Shown here piece after piece: positions 13,051 through 25,336 of a DNA stretch of 64,000 nucleotides. The translations under genes and the position numbers were made by a program. The notes beneath the pieces were generated by a model that was given only the letters and a program-made list of their open reading frames with translations, had not been told where the DNA came from and searched no databases. How positions within the stretch are numbered: the first letter of the stretch is position 1; the number at the start of each line of letters is the position of its first letter. The DNA comes from Paecilomyces variotii (lineage: Eukaryota). Location of the stretch: assembly GCA_004022145.1 (NCBI GenBank), contig RCNU01000007.1. One strand, 5' to 3'.

Positions 13051-14952
13051 ATGGCATTCCGCGTCCCAACCCAGGCTCCACGCCGCCTGGCATCATATTC
13101 GACTTCGTTGCAAGCACCCGCCCTTGAGGACCGCCCCGCTGCATCCCAGCAACAAGAGGACGACGCCAGAGAATGGGTGCTCTTCTCGCCGTCTCAGGCC
13201 CCCTCGACAACCCACACCTACACAAACTCCACGGAGCGGACCCCGCGGACAGCTGGCCTGTCCCGCTTGAGTGACTTTGGATCACTGGGGACGGCAACTG
13301 CTTCGAACGTGGACGATGAAGATGATCTCCTCGAGGACGAGGGCACAGAGCTGGACAGCCTGGACGACGGGCTCCATGCCTTCCGGGAACCCGCACTGCC
13401 CGAACTCCCTTCTGGGGGGGTAGACCAGACCCATACTGCAGTTCTACCAACGCACGATGGCCTGGGGACTTTTCAGGCGTCCAGTGAAACGGTTCAAGAC
13501 CACCTGTGGCAGTATGAGTCCTTCAATCCGCGTCGTAGGCCGGAATTGTTATCCAGACGGAGATCAAGTGTACAAAGACAACTGGACACGGTGAACGAAC
13601 TCGATGACGTCGACCCGGATCGGGAACGATGGCAACGGATAGAAAACTGGCGCATGGAACAGAGCAGGGCTTTGTTGCAGGAGGTTGAGCGGGAGACCAG
13701 GAGACGGCGAAACAGCCGCGCCAATCTGCATAGCGAAAGGGGCCATTCTCGCCGGTCAAGCACGATGAGTGGAATCCCAGAAGCACGAGTAATGAGTGAG
13801 ACACGCTCCGCCACAGATCAACCTACATCTCACGAGCGAAATGCGGCCCCTGAAGAGTCTTTCTGGCGCCGCATTACGAGGAAGGTCATTAGGGACCTGA
13901 TAGGAATCGATGACCCGCTACTCTCCGCCATATTGGGAGAGCCAATCCCGGAAACTGAGCAACAATCCCACCAAGAGAAACACGAAGAGAAGGCCGATTG
14001 GACCCCACAAACCCAGACTCGCTTTGAGATGGATCGAATAATGCTGGAGGCAGGCTCCGGGTCGGACAGCATGGCGTCGTGGCAAGAAAAGCTCTTGAAC
14101 CGTATCTCTCACGAACTAGGCATCCTTGTTCACCAGATTTACGAACATCCTGGTGCTTTCAGCACGTATCTGCGACCTTCGGAGGATATGTCAAACCAAT
14201 ATGCTGGAATGCCAGTCAATTCACCTGCAGATCGCTCGTCAAGCATACGGCCGCGGGCCGGCCCCAGGACAACATCGGAGGATAGCACCAACTTTGTTTC
14301 TTCCACTTACTCGCCGCATTTCTCTCCGACTCTTCCAGATGCCACCGGGGACGCACACGCTGCGTTATGGGGTATCGAGGAAGAGAACCCCAGCGATACG
14401 GCGAAGACACCTGCGGCCAGCTCAGAAGAGCCCTTGTCGGAATCGGCGCGCCTGCAGCGTGAGCATGAATACTGGGAGCGAGAGCTTGATGTCATGATGG
14501 TTTTCCGCTATATTCGCAACCGCTTTGGCCGCGGCAATAACAACACCAACAACAACAACGTTAATTCGTCCTCGAGGCGTCGTGCAAACTCAAGCTTGTA
14601 CAGCGCTCAGGATCCATCCCACCGTGCTGCCATCATCCGCCAGCATCATCCGCTGGTCGCTCGTGCACATGCGCGGTCTCAGACGCAATTCCAACGCCAA
14701 CTCCATCTCCATACACAGTCAAGTTCCGGACTCGCTGCTGGACCTGCCGGTACCGCCTCCCCAATCCTGCAACACCGCTTCCGTCGACCAAGTTCCAGCT
14801 GTGCCAGTCAGAGCACCAAAGTCTCAACGAAACGAAACCTAGCTGGTCTGGGAAGTGGCTCTAGCCGGAATTACTGGGACATTGGAGGAAGCGTCGGAAG
14901 CGGCAGTGCAGTATTATCGACAGCCGGCATTGGCGCCTGGGGTGAAGTCTGA
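13051..14952 (+). CDS. Hypothetical protein, 633 aa, Ser/Arg-rich and largely low-complexity; resembles a Pezizomycotina-conserved family
   Basis: Long ATG-initiated ORF with conserved-looking blocks (LPTHDGLGTF, RIENWRMEQSRALL, FWRRITRKVIRDLIGID, HPGAFSTY, YWERELDVMMVF) and a poly-Asn tract. A CTAAC..CAG at 13047 suggests an upstream 5' intron. Confidence 0.8.
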   Translation: MAFRVPTQAPRRLASYSTSLQAPALEDRPAASQQQEDDAREWVLFSPSQAPSTTHTYTNSTERTPRTAGLSRLSDFGSLGTATASNVDDEDDLLEDEGTELDSLDDGLHAFREPALPELPSGGVDQTHTAVLPTHDGLGTFQASSETVQDHLWQYESFNPRRRPELLSRRRSSVQRQLDTVNELDDVDPDRERWQRIENWRMEQSRALLQEVERETRRRRNSRANLHSERGHSRRSSTMSGIPEARVMSETRSATDQPTSHERNAAPEESFWRRITRKVIRDLIGIDDPLLSAILGEPIPETEQQSHQEKHEEKADWTPQTQTRFEMDRIMLEAGSGSDSMASWQEKLLNRISHELGILVHQIYEHPGAFSTYLRPSEDMSNQYAGMPVNSPADRSSSIRPRAGPRTTSEDSTNFVSSTYSPHFSPTLPDATGDAHAALWGIEEENPSDTAKTPAASSEEPLSESARLQREHEYWERELDVMMVFRYIRNRFGRGNNNTNNNNVNSSSRRRANSSLYSAQDPSHRAAIIRQHHPLVARAHARSQTQFQRQLHLHTQSSSGLAAGPAGTASPILQHRFRRPSSSCASQSTKVSTKRNLAGLGSGSSRNYWDIGGSVGSGSAVLSTAGIGAWGEV

Positions 14953-16328
14953 ACGGCCGTCAAGTCAGCTAATCTCCATTCTTTCTACCTTCCATGTCAG
15001 GGAGCATATTATCTGGCCTTTTATACGTTCATAAATTTAGAATACTCATACCATAATCACCAGTGAGGTACATTTCGGAATATTTCATCTCATTCATCAT
15101 CACGGCGGCGTCAGTGTTTGGTCTTGGAAGCTGGAGCAGTTTTTTTTTATAACATGGATATGCAAAGTTACATAATATCACAGGGATTCGGGATTCATTC
15201 TTCAAGAGCAGTAGCAGAGTACGGTACGGCGTTCACTCACAGTCTAGGGGAAGCATCAGTGGGATGGCACGAGCGAATGTATAATGTGTTTTGTTTGTTC
15301 CCTCTTTTTTCTTTTTCTGTATCTGATCTAGATAGATACTTGACTAGATCTCAGTTGGTCTGTTGGAAGTGACTCCTTTCATTCATACAATTATCGCATC
15401 ATAACTATTTCTCTTTATCTTTTGCCCACCTCAATTGAATACTAAATGATCGATCTCTTCCCAATTCCTCCGCCCCTCTGTTCGCCTTCCAACTCCCACA
15501 AGAGATGAGATGATTATCTCCATTCCTTTCCTACTAGTCAATCCGATGTATAACACCGACTAATTACATTAACCCAATGTTTCAATCAGGAAAGCATACT
15601 TGCTTATCTTTTTTTTTCCCCTGCTCAGTACTACAATACCGATTTCATTTCACATTCCTCTAGAAGGCTGATTACTCGTGTCATGTTCATATTGCATGAA
15701 GTGTTTCTGTTTACGAGTTGATTGATTGATTATCAGTGTATGTGTATATGTATTATCATCGGTGGGTTGGATTGCATCTGATGAACTAGGATGGTATGAT
15801 ATTGTGTAGTAGTATACTGGATATTTTCAATGCTGTATTACTACTACTATACTGTACTGTACTTTATGATAGGGTGATATCAATTCAATTGAATGGATGA
15901 GTTCTCTTGCGTGAAGTGGGCGGATACGTCAAGCTTTATCTCTGATTGCTATTGCTACGGAAAATGCAAATTTCTGGCAGAACTGGAGGGCTGGATTATT
16001 CTGGAACGGTAGCTGTTCCCATGACAGGATTCTAGATACATCATTTTGCCCAGTGTGGATATCGTCACACGAAATATTCTGGGGGTCATTACAGCGGATA
16101 GATAGGACAAGAGGCGAAGAACGCTCCTTCTTTTCTCTAGTATCCGGTCCGTTCCAGTCGACCGAGATGGTGCTTCATCCCAATCAACCTGCCCCCTCCG
16201 ATCACTGCCAGTTGGGGTTCTTGAAAAGCCGGGAAAAACCTAGGTGAACAACTCCGCCCGTGGACACAAAGACATCAAATAGATTCGAAGGAAAACGCAA
16301 ATCCGATTTTCTGTCAACACGCCCTAAT

Positions 16329-17297
<969 letters not shown>

Positions 17298-17454
17298 GGT
17301 GTCTGCTGGAAATGGGGAAACTGCACTTCCTGCGAACGGTGGGAGTTGTCGATTAGGTGGTTGTCGAGAGGTAGAAGAAGAGGGACAGGGTCGATTGAAG
17401 TCACTCCCGGGTTGATTTCCAAGCAAATCCGCTAACGATCTCACTGTGGCAAAG

Positions 17455-17467
17455 CCCTAAACCCTAA
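17455..17467. promoter_or_regulatory. Tandem CCCTAA (telo-box/Homol-E-like) motif upstream of rpl10
   Basis: gccctaaaccctaac lies ~160 bp upstream of the rpl10 ATG; function is inferred only. Confidence 0.35.
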
Positions 17468-17794
17468 CTAGCCGGCTACCGCTTACTGACGACCAACCGC
17501 AGTCTGAGCATCGTCCGATTGAAAGTAGATCGCTGATAAATCTCTATGATCAGCTTAATAATTTCATTCTTACTCCTGCATTCTTCAAGCTTGCTAAATT
17601 ATTATATAATAATTATATAGGTATAGGTCTACTATAGATGATAAATGCTACGGAACCCTATCAGGGACAGATTACGTGGTTACGAATTGAAGGACACGAT
17701 TTGGTAGAACATAGGTATTTTTGATTTCATTATTTGAACATAGGCCGTCGGTCTGAAGCCGTCTGGCACAGCGTCGCAACATGAATCATCACAC

Positions 17795-18305
17795 CTAGAC
17801 GGTACCGGTGAGGATGTCGGAGTCACCCTGGTCGAGGATGGCCATGGTGGAAGTGCGGAAGAGCTTACCGCAGGCGGTACCGAGCTCAATCTGTAGGGGA
17901 AGAAGTTAGCGATACAAGTCACCCTCCAAAGCCATGAGCTGTGGCTTCTTCTCAGGGAGCGCCCGGCGGCCAATGGCCATATGCTCGGGCAGCAGATTTT
18001 ACGTACGTTGTTACCGGAGAAGTGGTGGACCGGGGTCTTGCTCAGCATGGAGTAGTACTCGAGCTCACTCTTACGGAGAGGAGGAGCGTTGGCGGCAATG
18101 ATGACCAGCTTGGCCTTGCCGGAGCGGAGGGTCTTGATGGTAGACTTGTAGCCCAGGGTGACTGTTCTCCCCGTCAGCAATGCCATTCTCGATTTGAAAA
18201 TGTGGGAGAGGATGTCTGCGATAACGTACCCTTACCGGACTTCATCACAAGCGCCAGGCGCGAGTTGATGTTGTCACCGGACTTCTTGCTCTTCTTGGGG
18301 GCCAT
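17795..18305 (-). CDS. rpl30: 60S ribosomal protein L30 (eL30); exons 18305-18230, 18161-18007, 17890-17795
   Basis: [62 protein letters not shown]...|[12 protein letters not shown]. Confidence 0.97.
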
Positions 18306-19264
18306 CTCGACGCGATTGAAGTCTTCCTTGGACTTCAGATGAGGATTGATGAAAAAGTGTGCGCTCCGGCCGGTTGTTGTCTGAGAGTTGAGGGATGTTC
18401 TACTCTGGCTCGTCAAAATTGCTGGATATTTTCCACTAGCGGCTGTGTGTGCGGATTTCTCGGATGAATATTTTCCCAGGCCGTCTGACTCATCTGATGA
18501 ACCTGTCACATGACCTTAGCTGACCGGCTGACATAATCACATAGCTAATCAACCGTGTCTGGCCGCTGTGCCTGGGGCAACGAGATCACGGGGAAGATCG
18601 GCCTCTTAGCGGTCAGACTCAGGACTGAGAACAGCCAGAGACGGTGACGGTTAAAAGGTCCAACAACTGTTGTCGTGGCACAGCCCCCCAGGCACTATGT
18701 ATCTGCCAGCCTCGAACACGGTGGCTCGGGGATTATTGACACTTTCCCAGGATGACAATGTGTACCGTTATCATTGGCATGTGTGTTGTCCCCCAGGGGA
18801 ATGAAGGCTGGCGCTGTATTTAGCATCCGGGAGTCGGAGAACAACAACAGCCCCATCACGCCCGTGCTTCTTAAGCTACCGTAGTTGATTAATTAAAGAC
18901 ACGCTACCCCCATATCATCTTTCTTGCGGTCACCGTCGCCTTCCCCAGGAACAATTTGGTTGCCTTCACCCTGTCTGTAACGCCAGACCGTGGTTAAAAA
19001 ACGATCGCAATTTCATTCCCTTGCCGCTGGGTGACAAACGCCCCCCTTGGGAGTACCGTAGTCCAAGCAGCCCGTCAAACCGCCGGGACCACCTGTCGGA
19101 CGTTTGTTTCCACCCCGGCCCCTTAAACTGAAAGATCAATTTATTATTTCTTGACAGTTGTTGCCTGGCCGCCGCAGTCCATTTCAGGTGCTCCCATCGG
19201 TCCACTGCAGTCGCATCGCAAAAAGGAGACCAAGAACGTTGCGCTTATCGTTCCCTCCATCGAG

Positions 19265-21262
19265 ATGTCTGCGACAACCAAAAAACCGGGGACTCCCGCC
19301 AATCCGAGTCGTTTATCCTCGTCCGAGAGTCACTCAGTGAATGGGTCAACGCCACGGAGCCACTCCAAATCACCCAGCACCGCCTCCAACGGCTTAAATC
19401 GTACCCCTTCGACTCGAGGATCTCCCGTTTCTGCTCGTGCTGCTGCCAGAAAGCCCGGTCGATCGAACCTCAGCATGTCTAGTGTACCGCGAGTTACAAA
19501 CGATCCTTCCGAGGAGGACGCCCGAGCGCAAAATGCAGCGCTCATCGGGGAGCTGAAAGAACAGCTGCAGAAGGCAGAGACAGCGTCGGAGCAATACCGC
19601 AAGCAATTAGGGGTTCTGCAGATGCGTCTGGACGAGGCGATCAGCGAACAGGGGAAGTTGGAGGATCAGGTCCATGAAAAGGATAGCAAGATCGAAGCGT
19701 TGGACAACGAGATCCGCGAACATGCGCGACAGATCCGTGACCTCGAGCAGGCTCACGAAACGGAGAGAAACGCCATGCTGCAGGATAAGGAGCAGCAGGC
19801 TAGTCGAGATGAAGAACTACAGGCGACGATCCAGCGTCTCAAAGAGTCACTAGCCCAAAAGGATCGCATCAATGCGGAGGGAGAGCGAAACGTGTCGCGT
19901 TCCTGTAAGTTAACAACGACGGACTCTCATCGCTACTCACAGTATCCTGACATTGTCTCAGCAAGTTTCCGGAATCGTGCATCGCCCGATGTGGACAGCG
20001 GCCAGTTTGCCCCCTCCACTCAGATCGAGCGCAGCCCGTCTCGAAACAATTCTAAATTGCTCCTGCAGAAGGACAAGCTAATCGAGTCCCTGCGTCTGGA
20101 GCTTGCTGAGTCCCAGATCAAGCTCGTCGAGATGGAAAACATGGGAGGAGGTCGCCAGCGTGAATTGGAGAAAGAACTTCTCGAAGCCAGAATGGCGAAC
20201 GCTCGCCTGATGGAAGACAATGAAAGCTATCAGCTGCTACTGAGCGAGAAGACCCTCAATGGCGATTTTGCAAAGAGCGACTTTTTGCACGACGCCGCTC
20301 CCGACACGAAACAAGCCGGCAGCAACTTGGGATCTCTTGCAGACGAACTGGAGTCGGTCGGTGAGGGGGGTGACAGTGATACCAGGAAGCTTGAGGCTGA
20401 AGTAAAGGCACTCAAGGATCAGAACAAGGCCTTGTCTCTCTACATTGAGAGAATCATAGGCCGTCTGTTGCAACATGAAGGTTTCGAATCAATCCTCGAC
20501 AAGGATGAAAAGGATCCTCCGCCTAAGCCCCAAAACCCGCAGGCTAAGGATGATCAGGCTGCCCAGACATCATTCTTGCAGAAAGCCAAATCTGTCGTTG
20601 CACCCGCGCCTGCGCCTGCGCCTAAGGGCAATAATAAACCGAACCACAGGCATCGTCCTAGCAGCTTCGTCCCGCCACCGTACATGGGACCCACGCCTCA
20701 CGAGAACCCGTTGACGGCCCCTAGCATTCCTCTTGGTCGTTCTCAGTCTACACGAAATGGTCACCGCAGGACTAGATCTGACCAGGCCGATGGAGCTGCA
20801 GCCGCGGTGGTTGGACACATGTATCGGGGCAGTGGTGTCGGTCGAAGCACCTCTGGTGGTCCGATAAGCCCGGGGATCAGCCCAACCACGATGGGCCCAG
20901 GTTCTCGCCAGAGCGGCCTCTTCTCGGGAGCGAGCTTCGTGTCCAGCAGTGCTGGTGCACGCACGCCCTCCCTTTCCAGTCAACCGGATCGGAAGAGAAT
21001 GAGCGGATCTAACAGCGTAACCAGTGAGTCAAACGGTGACGTTGGCTCTACGGAGGGAACCTCAAGTCCTCCTCGCTCGATTAGTGGAGGAATGACCAAC
21101 TATCCTGGAGCTGTCATGACGCAGAACAAACTACGACCCCTCCGGCTCGTTCAAGAAAACAAAGAGAGCGAAGAAGACGAGGCCGCCAGAAAGAAGGCAA
21201 ACCGAGGAAGCTGGGTCTCCTGGTTCAACCGCGGCAGTACTGACGAGACTGCGAAGAACTGA
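19265..21262 (+). CDS. Coiled-coil hypothetical protein; probable exons 19265-19904, 19962-21262
   Basis: Long ORF with heptad-rich segments (LKEQLQKAETASEQYRKQL, LRLELAESQIKL, LEAEVKALKDQNKALSLYIERII) and Ser/Pro-rich termini. A 57-nt GTAAGT..CTGAC..CAG intron is present. Confidence 0.85.
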   Translation: MSATTKKPGTPANPSRLSSSESHSVNGSTPRSHSKSPSTASNGLNRTPSTRGSPVSARAAARKPGRSNLSMSSVPRVTNDPSEEDARAQNAALIGELKEQLQKAETASEQYRKQLGVLQMRLDEAISEQGKLEDQVHEKDSKIEALDNEIREHARQIRDLEQAHETERNAMLQDKEQQASRDEELQATIQRLKESLAQKDRINAEGERNVSRSCKLTTTDSHRYSQYPDIVSASFRNRASPDVDSGQFAPSTQIERSPSRNNSKLLLQKDKLIESLRLELAESQIKLVEMENMGGGRQRELEKELLEARMANARLMEDNESYQLLLSEKTLNGDFAKSDFLHDAAPDTKQAGSNLGSLADELESVGEGGDSDTRKLEAEVKALKDQNKALSLYIERIIGRLLQHEGFESILDKDEKDPPPKPQNPQAKDDQAAQTSFLQKAKSVVAPAPAPAPKGNNKPNHRHRPSSFVPPPYMGPTPHENPLTAPSIPLGRSQSTRNGHRRTRSDQADGAAAAVVGHMYRGSGVGRSTSGGPISPGISPTTMGPGSRQSGLFSGASFVSSSAGARTPSLSSQPDRKRMSGSNSVTSESNGDVGSTEGTSSPPRSISGGMTNYPGAVMTQNKLRPLRLVQENKESEEDEAARKKANRGSWVSWFNRGSTDETAKN

Positions 21263-21854
21263 TTACCAACGATCGTCCTATAACATGCGAACGTTTCAAC
21301 GAGTTTCTGATATATATTGACGCTTCCGACGCGGCTCTCTATGATGTTGACATAAGATTGCGACCTGATTGTACAAGGCGTTTGGAGGCTTGACGTGAAG
21401 ATACCTGCAATCTGATATTGAATACCCCGAGATTACAAGAACATCTTTTTCTTTCCTATGTATGATTATGTGTCTATCTCGTCCTTCGTGTTACGCCCTG
21501 TAGGTATCCGGCAGCAGCAAACATCGACTGCACCATATGCTCACCCTTGGTCCCCTGTGTCTACCCGGTATGCCTTGGGTAGTTATATTTCTTTTTTTCC
21601 ATTTCTCCCTACATCTCAGATTTTTATTCTTTAATAACTGTTGCACCATGTGAATTGCCGCTGTTTGGGCAGGTATGAGTGCCGAACTTGGGTGAGGCGG
21701 CAAACTTATCTTTTGGAAAGCAAGCAGACATGATCTACACCATATGAGGATCTATGTCTACATGTATTTATTTATCTATTTACTCACATCCACTTCCTAT
21801 CATAGACTTTCTTTATAATTGAGAAAATATTGGATTTCATTCTCATGATCAGGT

Positions 21855-23465
21855 ATGTTTCAATACAATGGTGAGCGGAGCCCTCGCTGGCATCTAAGCA
21901 CCCCGGCAGATGCCTTCCCGTCTACCTATGAATTTCAATACGGTCCATCAGCCTCTCAAACTGAGCAAACCCCATCTTTTTCACCACAGCCCATACCCCG
22001 TCTGACAGCATGGGGATGGCCTATTAGGTTTCATAATCACTTGAATTGGCCCTGGTCGGATCCTGGTAGCCTTAGCTTCCAAACATACCACGACTTCAGC
22101 GGCAACGATGCTGTTCCAAGCTTTCCAGGCGACAATCTCTGGAACGGACTTCGCGGATTCCACGACCCCTTCAGGGAATATGATGACTTGGGAGGTCAGA
22201 CGCGGGATCTGCCACGCCGTTTCTCGGAGGCATTCGCAGATACTGGACGTACGGTTACAGGAACAGTCGAAGAGGTTGATCAAACCGAAGAAACACAAGA
22301 CCATAGGAGCGATAGGAGCGATCAAGTCGAAACTTCTTCTGTGTCGACTGTTGAGGAGGACGAAACGTCTAGACACCATTGCAGATTAGAAGTGCCTGCT
22401 TCCTCTTCCTCTTCCTCGCCTTCTAAGGATGAGGCGACGCGCATTAGACACCGAACTGCTGGAACTCCTGCCTCATATTCGGAGCCTGCTCCAAATGACT
22501 GTTGTTGCTGTTGTTCTATGCACCATGCCACCCGCTGCAAGTCATGTTCTGAATGGAGATTTCCTAGGACAGGCGAAAACGACGCAGAAACTCCAAGACA
22601 GAGTGATGTTGACGCCATCAGAGACCTTTCCCAAGAACTGAAAGAGGAAGCTACGAACGTCAAGCATGAAAGGCAGTCGTTTCAGCGTCTTAACCAGGAG
22701 TTGAAAACAATCTTGGAGAAACTGGAGAGCGACTTGCCCCGTCTCGCAGAGCGGTCCTCTCCTTCGAGCCATCCCAATAACAATCGACCACCATCTTGGA
22801 ACGACATCGGCTCTCGTTCATATCACAACATCCGTGCGAACCACATTAGGTGGTATTCATTGGATGCACTCGAGGATGTATTCCGACGTTACGACATGAC
22901 ATGGCGTTCTATCTTGAACTCTCGAGAGAACTTAGGGCGTGCAATCCAGGACCTAACCTCAGGTTATCCAAGATCAATCCCATGGCCAAGCCCAGATCTA
23001 CGAATGTCCAGTCTCTCCAAAACCCTGGTGTGGTTCAGCGATGATCGCTCATTCAAGAGGGACAGTCTCTATCTCCCGCCAGAAATCGCAGAGAGTATAT
23101 TCCATCTCCAGCAATGGAATGTGTTTTGCTTCTTCGTCTATGCCTTCAAGTTGGTGCCTTATTATGACAATGACTTCCAGCTGCATTTTTGCATCGATGC
23201 CCGGAGAACGCGTACTGGACGTAATGTTCCTGTTGCGATACAGGAGCGCAGACTCTTAGCGCTCAGGGATCAGCTCATGCATGAAAAGTGGAAATGGAAT
23301 CCACGTCACCTGAATTCAGCAGGATATCACCATGTGAGATTCTACGGAGGAAGAGATGATGTGATCAGTGATGCTGTCAGGGCGGTTTGGGAGGCTGTTA
23401 CACGGGGATTGAAAGCTTGCGACGCAAGTCTGGATCAGTTGGGACAAATGCGGATGTGGATATGA
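21855..23465 (+). CDS. Hypothetical protein, 536 aa, with Cys cluster, coiled coil and an IPWP...W(N/H)P-type C-terminal domain
   Basis: Intronless ATG-initiated ORF of 1.6 kb between AT-rich intergenic spacers. Confidence 0.7.
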   Translation: MFQYNGERSPRWHLSTPADAFPSTYEFQYGPSASQTEQTPSFSPQPIPRLTAWGWPIRFHNHLNWPWSDPGSLSFQTYHDFSGNDAVPSFPGDNLWNGLRGFHDPFREYDDLGGQTRDLPRRFSEAFADTGRTVTGTVEEVDQTEETQDHRSDRSDQVETSSVSTVEEDETSRHHCRLEVPASSSSSSPSKDEATRIRHRTAGTPASYSEPAPNDCCCCCSMHHATRCKSCSEWRFPRTGENDAETPRQSDVDAIRDLSQELKEEATNVKHERQSFQRLNQELKTILEKLESDLPRLAERSSPSSHPNNNRPPSWNDIGSRSYHNIRANHIRWYSLDALEDVFRRYDMTWRSILNSRENLGRAIQDLTSGYPRSIPWPSPDLRMSSLSKTLVWFSDDRSFKRDSLYLPPEIAESIFHLQQWNVFCFFVYAFKLVPYYDNDFQLHFCIDARRTRTGRNVPVAIQERRLLALRDQLMHEKWKWNPRHLNSAGYHHVRFYGGRDDVISDAVRAVWEAVTRGLKACDASLDQLGQMRMWI

Positions 23466-23980
23466 TTTTTCTTGGTTTTATTTTGATGCTTGATTTTGTG
23501 AGAGTTCTTTTTTTTTGCATTTGATTAGATAGAACAGTTGTGGCTCAAATCGAAATTTCTTATCTGAAATAAAGATCTATATATATATCCATATGTTCAT
23601 CTTCAGCAGCTAAAGAGGCACAGGGTGCCAAAAGGTGACACCTAGCAGGAACAAATCCACAAATAGAGTGGCATGTATTTAAATATACACAAAAGTTCTA
23701 ACAATGGCTTCGATAATAATAAGAAGCAAGGATGTCGACTCCTGGACACTGAAGCAATAACAGACTGTACAGTACCTGATGAGCCCGACGGAACAATGTT
23801 GGAGCGGCCACCGACGGGGCTGGACTTGCGGCCAAGTCGCCCGTTGCGCGAGAGACCACCGTGCGGGAAAGCTGGACGGAATAACTAACAATTCCCACCA
23901 GAACATATTACAAGACAGCACTATCCGGGGAACAGAGTCAAAAACATTGTTCATTCCAGTTGAATTCAATACCGCCCACC

Positions 23981-24678
23981 ATGCCTGGCTCACTGTCCCT
24001 CTTCTCCGTCAACGCGGTCCTCATCATGTCGACCGACGACAGCTCCCGCATCTACGCCAAGTACTACTCTCCGCCGCACCCCCCGGCGGGCGTGCCCGCC
24101 AATTCGACGGATTATCCTGGCGCGAACCCCTATCCGACAGTGAAGGAGCAGAAGGCGTTCGAGAAGGGTTTGATGGAGAAGACCAACAAGCAGACCAGCG
24201 ATGTGATCCTGTATGATAACCGCGTGGTGGTCTTCAAGATGGAGAGTGATGTGATGCTCTACGTGGTTGGAGGCGCAGAGGAGAACGAGGTTCTGCTTTA
24301 CAATGTCGTCCTGTCGTTACGGGATGCGTTGGGAATCCTATTCAAGTAAGCATGACCCGCTACTATCGAATTCTCTGGTCAGTCAATTGTCATTTGCGGT
24401 TTGGCTGACGAGACTTCTTGCGTGTTTGTTTCAGGGGCGCTACGGACAAGCGTACGATTGTTGAGAACTACGACCTTGTTGCCCTTGCGATTGACGAGAT
24501 CATCGACGACGGGATCATCCTGGAGACGGACCCTGTCCTGATCGCTTCGCGCGTCAGCCGTGCCCCTGCTCCCGACGCCCCTAACATGAAGAGCATCGAT
24601 CTCTCCGAACAAGGTCTGCTCAACGCCTGGGAGTTCGGTAAGAGAAGACTGGCAGAGGGTCTACGACAAGGGCTGTAG
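23981..24678 (+). CDS. ret3: Coatomer subunit zeta (zeta-COP); exons 23981-24345, 24435-24678
   Basis: SRIYAKYY, EQKAFEKGLMEKT, ENEVLLYNVV, DKRTIVENYDLVALAIDEIIDDGIILETDP. Confidence 0.93.
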
Positions 24679-25336
24679 AAACAAAAAATAATCATACGGG
24701 GAGCGGGAGGCAACGAGGAGATATGGTCGAGGATGTTTCTGGTTTCTTATTTCGCATATATGACTACCGTCTCGTCTCGTTTGGCACCTGGGCCTTTGGC
24801 GCGAAGGGGGTTTTTTACCTTTTTATTACTTTTTATTTTCTTTATGACATGATTATGCCTCTTCGGAGAAGATTCCCTATTTTTTACCATCTGTGAGGAT
24901 CTTGTCGGTCCATTAGAAATGCGTTCGCGAGTTTCAAATAGATGTTCTTCGGGCTGAGAATGGATTTGGTTAATACATATTGGCTGCTGCTGTGCACTGG
25001 GATTGTTCAGTTCGGAATATAAGAGACTAACGTAGGCGATTGCTTTTATACATTTATCATGTTCACATTTAACGAAGCTGGAGTTAGAAGCAGTCGTATT
25101 TCTGTAATAATATCAATAGTGGTAGTTAGTAACTCAGCTAATAGTGGAAAAGCGCCCGCGGAGTCAGTCAGGGACGGAGCATTATTACTTATTATTGAAT
25201 GTTGCCCCGCATACGTCACGCTACAGAGAAGACTCCGAGTCGGAAGAGCCCTTTCAAATTCTCACACACGCGACCCCTCGTCAAACTCTTCCCTGTGCGC
25301 AAATCACTTGACAAACGCCTGCGGCAAAGGCTCAAG

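Noticed and set aside
17455-17467. CCCTAA repeats as a telomere
   Set aside because: Only two copies, located in an internal promoter; better read as a promoter motif.
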